Below, in pieces: positions 16,685-22,821 of a stretch of 22,821 bases of DNA; the first letter of the stretch is position 1, and each line of letters opens with the position of its first letter. The notes beneath the pieces are model-generated. The model was not told the origin of the DNA and did no database searches. It worked only from the letters and a program-made list of their open reading frames with translations. The translations under genes were made by a program, and so were the position numbers. Source of the DNA: Verrucomicrobiota bacterium (lineage in GTDB: Bacteria; Verrucomicrobiota; Verrucomicrobiia; Limisphaerales; SXQI01); contig JANRLX010000113.1 in the NCBI GenBank assembly GCA_033762115.1, forward strand, positions 1 through 22,821. The letters run 5' to 3'.

Positions 16685-17719
16685 TTATTTTGTGAGATCC
16701 GTCAATTTTTGAGTAGCGGCGCCTGAAGAGATTACCACTCGGGCAAGATCAATTCCGTCACTGATGGTCTCAGAGTGATTGGCCAGAAAAAGGGCTGCGC
16801 CTGCATTCAGGAGCACCGCATCAAGTCGCGGCCCCTGATCTTCGCCAGAAAGGATTGCTTTAACGATGCGCGCATTATCTTCTTTGGTTCCACCGCGCAG
16901 ATCTTCAATCGTGGCGAGTTTAAATCCGTAATCCTCGGGATGAAGAGTCGAGGTGTTCTCGCCCCGCTCCTGGTAAAATTCAGCGACGAAGTTTTCGCCG
17001 AGGGTAGAGAGTTCATCAAGGTACGATTCCCCGGCTTTGCCGGAAACAACCATCGCGCGGCGAATGCCCAAAGTTTTTAAAACTGCGGCCAGGGGTTCAC
17101 AAAGCTGGGGACGCCCGACCCCAATTAATTGAGCGGTAGGGTGGACCGGGTTAAGGAGGGGGCCTAGAAAATTGAAGAGAGTGCGTTGACCCCGTTCCGC
17201 ACATAGTTTGCGGGCCGGACCAATATGTTTGAAGGCTGGATGATATTTTTGCGCGAAAAAGAAGGCAAAATTGTGCTGGTGAAGGGAATCGGCGGCCTGC
17301 TGCGGCGTCAGATCAATTGGAACCCCCAGGGTTTCAAGAACATCCGCGCTGCCGGACATTGAGGTGATCGCCCGGTTGCCATGTTTTGCCACTTTCACGC
17401 CTGCGGCTGCGACAACAATGGCGACGGTTGTGGAGATATTAAAGGTGTTGAGTCGATCTCCCCCCGTGCCGCATACGTCGATAATTTCAGCGGAGCGGGT
17501 TTCCAGGTCCAGTTCGGGAGCAATCGAGAGGCGACGGAGTTGCTGGGCGAATGCTGCAATTTCACCGGGCGTTTCCCCTTTTACAGCGAGCGCTGTCAGA
17601 AAGGCAGCCTTTACTTCAGGAGGAACTGTTTCATCAATCAATTGGGCGACCGCATCACTAATTTGTGGGCCGGTCAGATGGATCGATTTTTCCAGTTGAA
17701 GGGTAAGCGTTCTAAGCAC
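16685..17719 (-). CDS. trpD: Anthranilate phosphoribosyltransferase
   Basis: [16 protein letters not shown]...TFNISTT, AKHGNRA...[37 protein letters not shown] start overlaps the upstream stop. Confidence 0.96.
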   Translation of the reverse strand: MLRTLTLQLEKSIHLTGPQISDAVAQLIDETVPPEVKAAFLTALAVKGETPGEIAAFAQQLRRLSIAPELDLETRSAEIIDVCGTGGDRLNTFNISTTVAIVVAAAGVKVAKHGNRAITSMSGSADVLETLGVPIDLTPQQAADSLHQHNFAFFFAQKYHPAFKHIGPARKLCAERGQRTLFNFLGPLLNPVHPTAQLIGVGRPQLCEPLAAVLKTLGIRRAMVVSGKAGESYLDELSTLGENFVAEFYQERGENTSTLHPEDYGFKLATIEDLRGGTKEDNARIVKAILSGEDQGPRLDAVLLNAGAALFLANHSETISDGIDLARVVISSGAATQKLTDLTK

Positions 17720-19265
17720 GTGGAGTTAAATTTGGAAGTTGGGCCAAGTGGCGAGACTGCCGTTTCAAAGCGGTCTTTTTAATCCGGGAAGGAACGGCGG
17801 TATCACTTTCCGGAATCAGGGATCGAAGGAATTCAGGTTTATCTGAGCGCCCGGTTTTTTGGAAATCGTTCCAGATGGCGCGGGCCACGAGGGGTGGATG
17901 CAACTGTTGTTCTGTTGTCAAAAAACGAAACAGAAGTTCTGCAATTGAATTGAGGGCAATGCTGTGATTTCTCCCAAGTGTCTGATAAAGCCAATCAGTC
18001 CAGCGCAGAAAACCGTAGAAGGGAGAGCCGGAATTTTTCCACAGCAATGGGGCAGAGGAGGTGAAATTGCCGCTGTTGAAGATCAAATCCCAATATCGGG
18101 CAAATCTGCGGAGTCGTTGCATGGCCTGAAAATCGAGCAGCTTGTTCTGCAAGATTTCATACGGGGGAAAGGTGTTATAGATCATTTCCCATTCAAGGTC
18201 GTGCCGGACAATTGGCGTGCCTCGAAGTCGTTTCAGGATACCCAATTGAATTTCCTGGGGGCCCAATGCGACCAATCGATCAAAACCGGCTGCGAAACTT
18301 TCCAACGATTCGCCGGGAAGTCCGGCAATGAGATCGGCATGGATATGCACACCTGTCTGGGAGCGAAGGAAATGGAAATTATCAGCAAGCCGGTCGAGAT
18401 TTTGCCTGCGCTTGATACGGGCTGAGACCTCGTTGTTGAAGGTTTGAATGCCGACTTCAAATTGAAGAGAGCCGGGAGGAAATTTTGAGATCAACTCACG
18501 AAGACCTTCGGGAAGCCTGTCCGGCACCATTTCAAAATGGAGGAACAAACCTGGGTGATATCGTTGCAGGAAGAACTCCAGGATTTGCCGGCTGAAATTC
18601 AGGTTCAGGTTGAAGGTTCGATCGACAAACTTGAACTGCCGCACGCCCCGATCCATGAGGGCCTGAAGGGCCGGAAGGAATTTTTCGAGTGGGAATTGCC
18701 GGACGGGGACATCCAGAGAGGAGAGGCAGAATTCACAGGTGAACGGGCATCCCCGAGAGGCCTCGACGTAAATGATTCGATGAGCCACATCCTTGTCATC
18801 ATAGAGATCGTAAGGAAGAGCAAGCGCTTCAAGGTTGGGAAGTTCAGAATGAAGCACCCTGGAGCTGGGTGATGAGCCGGAAAGCAACGCGCGGCAAACT
18901 TCGGCGAATTTGAGATCGGCCTCGCCACAGACCACGTAATCCGCCGTTTGGGCGATTTCCTGTTCCGAGGTTTCAAAGCTGACTTCAGGTCCACCGAGGA
19001 TTATCAAAACCTCAGGTCGAATCCGTTTGAGGACAGAAACCAATTCACGGCTCTGGGCAGCGTTCCAGATATAAACACCGATCCCAATGATTTTGGGATT
19101 ATGGGCGAGGAGCAGTTCGGCAATGTCAGTGGGGCGTTGAGAGATATCGAATTCGAGAATTGCAGCGCGCTCACGCAATTCGCCAAGATTGGCAAGGAGA
19201 TATCGAAGGCCGAATGCAGCATGGCTGTACCTGGCGTTCAAAGTTGTGAGCAGGATATCGGGCAT
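17712..19265 (-). CDS. B12-binding domain radical SAM protein (DUF4080-type C-terminus likely)
   Basis: N-terminal [15 protein letters not shown]...GVYIWN...GGPEVS cobalamin-binding region; [15 protein letters not shown] (18749-18726); [26 protein letters not shown]. Start ATG 19265 with GAGG upstream. Confidence 0.92.
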   Translation of the reverse strand: MPDILLTTLNARYSHAAFGLRYLLANLGELRERAAILEFDISQRPTDIAELLLAHNPKIIGIGVYIWNAAQSRELVSVLKRIRPEVLIILGGPEVSFETSEQEIAQTADYVVCGEADLKFAEVCRALLSGSSPSSRVLHSELPNLEALALPYDLYDDKDVAHRIIYVEASRGCPFTCEFCLSSLDVPVRQFPLEKFLPALQALMDRGVRQFKFVDRTFNLNLNFSRQILEFFLQRYHPGLFLHFEMVPDRLPEGLRELISKFPPGSLQFEVGIQTFNNEVSARIKRRQNLDRLADNFHFLRSQTGVHIHADLIAGLPGESLESFAAGFDRLVALGPQEIQLGILKRLRGTPIVRHDLEWEMIYNTFPPYEILQNKLLDFQAMQRLRRFARYWDLIFNSGNFTSSAPLLWKNSGSPFYGFLRWTDWLYQTLGRNHSIALNSIAELLFRFLTTEQQLHPPLVARAIWNDFQKTGRSDKPEFLRSLIPESDTAVPSRIKKTALKRQSRHLAQLPNLTPRA

Positions 19266-19281
19266 ATCTAAAATGACCTCG

Positions 19282-20847
19282 TTATTGCTTTGGCGGCTGA
19301 TCCTTCCGTGGAAATAAAGGAGCAGGTTCTCCAATGATATGTCCGGGGATCAGGCTGCCCCAGGTTGCTTCATGCAGGGTTGGAACATCTCCGTTCAAGC
19401 CAAGCTGCGTGTGGATTTTCAAAGAAGTTTCCGGCAGGTAAGGAGCGAGAAGCACGCTTAATATCCGGCAAACCTCTGTTAAATTGTAAAGAACCGCATC
19501 AAGCCTGGCAGCTTGTGAAGGATCCTTGGCCAATTTGAATGGGGCAGTTTGATCGACGTATTGATTGGCACGGTTGACAATACCCCAAATTGATTCGAGC
19601 GCATCTTGTAATTGATGGTTCTGGAGCTGCTCACGGGTGCGATCCACCAATGATTGAACTTCAACACGAAGTTCATCCGAACGGGCTGGCACCTGTCCGT
19701 TCCGATAACGTTTCAACATGGAGAGAGAACGATTGACCAGATTGCCGAGGCCGTTGGCCAACTCTGATTGATATCGTGACTGGAAACCGGCATCGGTCCA
19801 GTTGCCATCGGGACCAATATCCAGTTCACGGGTGATATAATACCGAAAAGCATCCAGGCCCCACTCAGCGATCACTGCGAGGGGATCGACGATATTGCCG
19901 GTGCTTTTGCTGATTTTTTCACCTTCCTTTTGCCACCAGCCATGGACAATCAGTTTTTTGGGAAGTGGAAGTCCCATGGCCTTGAGCATGATGGGCCAGT
20001 AAACTGAATGAAATTTCAAGATATCCTTGCCGATGACATGAATGTCCGCCGGCCACAGGGATACCGTTTCAGAAGCGGGAGCGGGAAGGGTGAGTTCCTT
20101 GCGTATCGTCGGGTCACCGTGAGCTGCTGGAATTGAAATATAATTGACCAGCGCATCGAACCACACATAGGTCACGTAAGCGGGATCGAAAGGAATGACA
20201 ATTCCCCAGTTGAGACGTGCGGTGGGTCTTGAAATACAAAGATCTTCAAGGTCATTGTTTTTAAGGAACCCCAGGACTTCATTTCGGCGGTAGGATGGAA
20301 AAATGAAATCCGGGTTGCTTTCAATGTAGTCAATCAGCCACTGTTGTTGCTCCTTTAATTTAAAATAGTAGTTGTCTTCCACCAGTTCGACCACATCCCC
20401 ATAGATCGGATCAAAGCTGCCGTCCGGGTTCCGATCCTTTTCCGTCAAAAAGGTTTCCTGACGGGCGGAGTAAAAGCCCTTGTACTGTGCTTTGTAAAAA
20501 TGACCCGCGTTATTGAGCTTTGTCAGGATGGCCTGAACGACTTCCTTGTGACGGGGTTCGGATGTGCGAACGAAATCGTTGTGAGTCAGTTTGAGTCCGA
20601 TCGCGAAATTTTTCCAATCGCCAGCCAATGAGTCACAGTAGGCCTGGGGTGATTTTCCTTCAGCCTGGGCAGCCTGCTGAACTTTTTGGCCATGCTCATC
20701 AAGCCCAGTGAGGTAGAAGACTTCTTTTCCGAGGCTCCGCTGAGCGCGTGCAATCACGTCTGTAATGACTTTCTCATAGGCATGCCCCAGGTGAGGCTGC
20801 CCATTGACGTAGTCGATTGCAGTTGTGACATAGTACCGTTTTGTCAT
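19282..20847 (-). CDS. metG: Methionine--tRNA ligase (short form, no C-terminal tRNA-binding appendix)
   Basis: [20 protein letters not shown] (HIGH), [30 protein letters not shown] (KMSKS), [12 protein letters not shown]. Confidence 0.97.
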   Translation of the reverse strand: MTKRYYVTTAIDYVNGQPHLGHAYEKVITDVIARAQRSLGKEVFYLTGLDEHGQKVQQAAQAEGKSPQAYCDSLAGDWKNFAIGLKLTHNDFVRTSEPRHKEVVQAILTKLNNAGHFYKAQYKGFYSARQETFLTEKDRNPDGSFDPIYGDVVELVEDNYYFKLKEQQQWLIDYIESNPDFIFPSYRRNEVLGFLKNNDLEDLCISRPTARLNWGIVIPFDPAYVTYVWFDALVNYISIPAAHGDPTIRKELTLPAPASETVSLWPADIHVIGKDILKFHSVYWPIMLKAMGLPLPKKLIVHGWWQKEGEKISKSTGNIVDPLAVIAEWGLDAFRYYITRELDIGPDGNWTDAGFQSRYQSELANGLGNLVNRSLSMLKRYRNGQVPARSDELRVEVQSLVDRTREQLQNHQLQDALESIWGIVNRANQYVDQTAPFKLAKDPSQAARLDAVLYNLTEVCRILSVLLAPYLPETSLKIHTQLGLNGDVPTLHEATWGSLIPGHIIGEPAPLFPRKDQPPKQ

Positions 20848-20855
20848 CCGGAGGC

Positions 20856-20884
20856 AGTCTGAGCCACAAGCGAATGGTTTGCAA
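20856..20884 (-). promoter_or_regulatory. Putative sigma70 promoter for metG (leaderless type)
   Basis: Minus strand TTGCAA (20884-20879), 17 nt, CAGACT (20861-20856), 8 nt to ATG 20847. Confidence 0.45.
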
Positions 20885-20914
20885 CCGTGAGGAGGGAGTT
20901 GAAGTCGGCAGTGA

Positions 20915-20930
20915 TGGCGCGGTGGTTGCT
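20915..20930 (+). promoter_or_regulatory. Sigma54 (-24/-12) promoter for fliR-flhB
   Basis: TGGCGCGGTGGTTGCT closely matches TGGCAC-N5-TTGCW with exact GG-N10-GC spacing. Confidence 0.75.
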
Positions 20931-20964
20931 ATGTAGGTGGACTAGGAAAAATTTGCTTATTGCT

Positions 20965-21726
20965 GTGTTTGACGTCACCACATGGTTCCTGGTTTTTGCA
21001 AGGGTAACTGCGCTTTTCGCAGTGTTTCCCCTGTTCAGTGGGCAAAATGTGCCAGTCATCCTGCGATTATCACTGGCAGTGCTTGTCGCCATTCTCGTGA
21101 CGCCGTTTGTTCCGGGGATGTCGGGAACCGCCGCAAATTTCGTGGAGGTTTTTAAAGTATTGTTCGCGGAAGTCAGCGCAGGATTGCTCCTGGGGTTTGC
21201 CTGTCGATTTCTGTTTTTTGCGCTGGAATTTGCAGCGGGCATCATTTCCACGGAGATGGGGCTGACAATGTCCTCCAATTTCAACTCCCTGAATTCTTCA
21301 GTGATGATGACCCCGGGTCTGATTCTCTACTGGCTGGCGATCATGCTTTTATTGTGCCTGGACATGCATCATTGGATGCTGGCTGGCTTCCGGGACAGTT
21401 ATTCAGTGCTGCCAATTGGCGGGGCTTCAATGAGCAAGGAACTGCTGACGGATATCATTCTAAGGAGCAGCAAAGTGTTTCTTTTGGCAATCCAGTTAAC
21501 AGCGCCGGTGCTGGCCTGTTCATTCATTATCACCCTTGTTTTCTCCCTGCTTGGACGCGCGGTACCGCAGATGAATGTTTTTGCTGAAAGTTTCCCGGTG
21601 AAGTCGCTTGCGGGAATGATTGTTTTCGGGCTGACCTGCACGTTGTCCGCACAGCACATGATCAATTGGCTGCGGCGATTGCCAACTGATTTTATGCAAA
21701 TTGCTCAACTATTGGGAGCAAAATAG
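20965..21726 (+). CDS. fliR: Flagellar export apparatus protein FliR
   Basis: Highly hydrophobic; FLVFARV...FPLFS...VP..LR, EVSAGLLLG, AGIISTEMGL, DMHHWML, APV, LLGRAVPQMNVF..SFPVK. Start taken as GTG 20965 (or TTG 20953), downstream of the sigma54 site, not 20887. Confidence 0.92.
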   Translation: MFDVTTWFLVFARVTALFAVFPLFSGQNVPVILRLSLAVLVAILVTPFVPGMSGTAANFVEVFKVLFAEVSAGLLLGFACRFLFFALEFAAGIISTEMGLTMSSNFNSLNSSVMMTPGLILYWLAIMLLLCLDMHHWMLAGFRDSYSVLPIGGASMSKELLTDIILRSSKVFLLAIQLTAPVLACSFIITLVFSLLGRAVPQMNVFAESFPVKSLAGMIVFGLTCTLSAQHMINWLRRLPTDFMQIAQLLGAK

Positions 21727-21729
21727 GTC

Positions 21730-22812
21730 ATGTCTGAAGCGGGTAACAAGACAGAGCAGGCAACGCCACGGAGGATGGAGGAAGCGATTGCGCGCGGTCA
21801 GTTCCCCCGCTCTACTGAGATTCAGACGGCGATGGTCCTGATGTTCGGAATGATCGGGATGAAATTTGCCGGAACGGAGTTGTGGACGAACCTGGTCGCA
21901 GCACAAAATGCGGTGCTTGGTCACCTCCATGACATTCCCATCTCCCAGAACCTCATGCAGGGTTATTTGATCCAGGGCTCACTGGTGTTCGCGGCCTGCA
22001 CCGGGCCAATTATTCTTGCATCCATGGTTGGAGGGCTGCTTGCCGGAGGGGTTCAGAGTAAATTCCAGGCTGCTTCAGAAGCTTTGGATGCAAAATGGGA
22101 GCGGTTGAACCCGGTGGAAGGGCTCAAGCGCATTTTCTCTGTGAAGTCCCTGGTGCCGACGCTCCTGTCCACAGTGAAGGTTGGGATCATTGCCGGGCTC
22201 TCTTATTCACAGGTGGATTCGATCTTGCACGACCCGATTTTCTATACCTCGGTGGATGTGGCAAGAATTGCCGAGTTCCTGGCAACTGCTTCCGGGCAGA
22301 TTGCGACTCGCGTGTTGTTGTCGATCATGGTAATTGCCGCGTTGGATTATTCCTATCAATTCTGGCAAAACACGCGAGATCTGATGATGACTCGGGAGGA
22401 AGTCAAGGAGGAGCTTAAGAATTCCGAAGGCGATCCGCAGATAAAGGCACGCCTGAGAAGGCGTAGGAAAGGGAAAAGTCATCGCCAAATGCTTGCGGAT
22501 GTGCCTAAGGCTGACGTGATTGTGACAAATCCAACCCATCTTGCGATTGCTCTTCAGTATGACCGGAAAACAATGAAGGCACCCAAGATCATTGCCAAAG
22601 GTTCGAGGTTGAACGCCCTGAAAATTCGTGAAATTGCTGGCCAGCACCAGATTCCAATCATCGAAAACAAACCGTTGGCGCGGTTGATGTTCAAGTATGG
22701 AAAAGTGGGTGGCGAGGTTCCTGCTCAGCTCTACGCCGCGGTCGCGGAAATCCTCGCGTACGTCTATCGCGTGAACCGGTATCGGTATTACGCGCAGGCC
22801 AACCAGGGATAA
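21730..22812 (+). CDS. flhB: Flagellar export apparatus substrate-specificity switch FlhB
   Basis: KTEQATPRR...GQFPRS, LNPVEGLKRIFS, MTREEVKEELKNSEGDP, NPTH autocleavage site (22528-22539), APKIIAKG, ENKPLAR, AVAEILAYV. Confidence 0.95.
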   Translation: MSEAGNKTEQATPRRMEEAIARGQFPRSTEIQTAMVLMFGMIGMKFAGTELWTNLVAAQNAVLGHLHDIPISQNLMQGYLIQGSLVFAACTGPIILASMVGGLLAGGVQSKFQAASEALDAKWERLNPVEGLKRIFSVKSLVPTLLSTVKVGIIAGLSYSQVDSILHDPIFYTSVDVARIAEFLATASGQIATRVLLSIMVIAALDYSYQFWQNTRDLMMTREEVKEELKNSEGDPQIKARLRRRRKGKSHRQMLADVPKADVIVTNPTHLAIALQYDRKTMKAPKIIAKGSRLNALKIREIAGQHQIPIIENKPLARLMFKYGKVGGEVPAQLYAAVAEILAYVYRVNRYRYYAQANQG

Positions 22813-22821
22813 CGCAGTAGC

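Noticed and set aside
20848..20885. Minus-strand GCAAACCATTCG...GTGG...GCCTCCGG upstream of metG, reminiscent of a c-di-GMP-I riboswitch
   Set aside because: It lacks the GNRA tetraloop and the GCAAAG junction, the second stem would run into the CDS, and the segment coincides with a plausible -35/-10 promoter
1..22821. CRISPR arrays, tandem repeats, transposases, integrases, tRNA/rRNA, defence systems, frameshifted pseudogenes
   Set aside because: None seen by eye; all major ORFs appear full length with intact catalytic motifs, and the many short antisense ORFs are explained as shadows of real genes

Overview
Gene-dense bacterial chromosomal window with no mobile elements, CRISPR arrays, rRNA or tRNA genes that I can see. 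Gene content (a planctomycete-cytochrome/DUF1549/DUF1553 + DUF1501 pair, dapF-dapA-dapB-folK, pyrH-frr, fliR-flhB) suggests a PVC-superphylum organism, probably Verrucomicrobiota (inference). Left to right: a radical SAM gene running off the left edge (missed by the ORF track); a Zn-ribbon Ser/Thr kinase; Zn-dependent glucose dehydrogenase plus cyclase-family hydrolase; the DUF1553/DUF1501 exported cytochrome pair; a sensor-less REC-HisKA-HATPase hybrid; dapF-dapA-dapB-folK; frr-pyrH; two small basic ORFs; yhbY plus a DUF4230-like gene; a small ORF behind a sigma54-type promoter; trpD, a B12 radical SAM and metG (a minus-strand metG-radical SAM-trpD unit); and sigma54-driven fliR-flhB. No clearly new multi-gene system is provable from sequence alone. 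The best leads are the sigma54 small-gene unit at 16.3-16.6 kb, the metG-B12 radical SAM-trpD unit, the GDH-cyclase pair with its palindromic operator, a candidate plus-strand sRNA near 14.6 kb, and repeated leaderless-type promoters.
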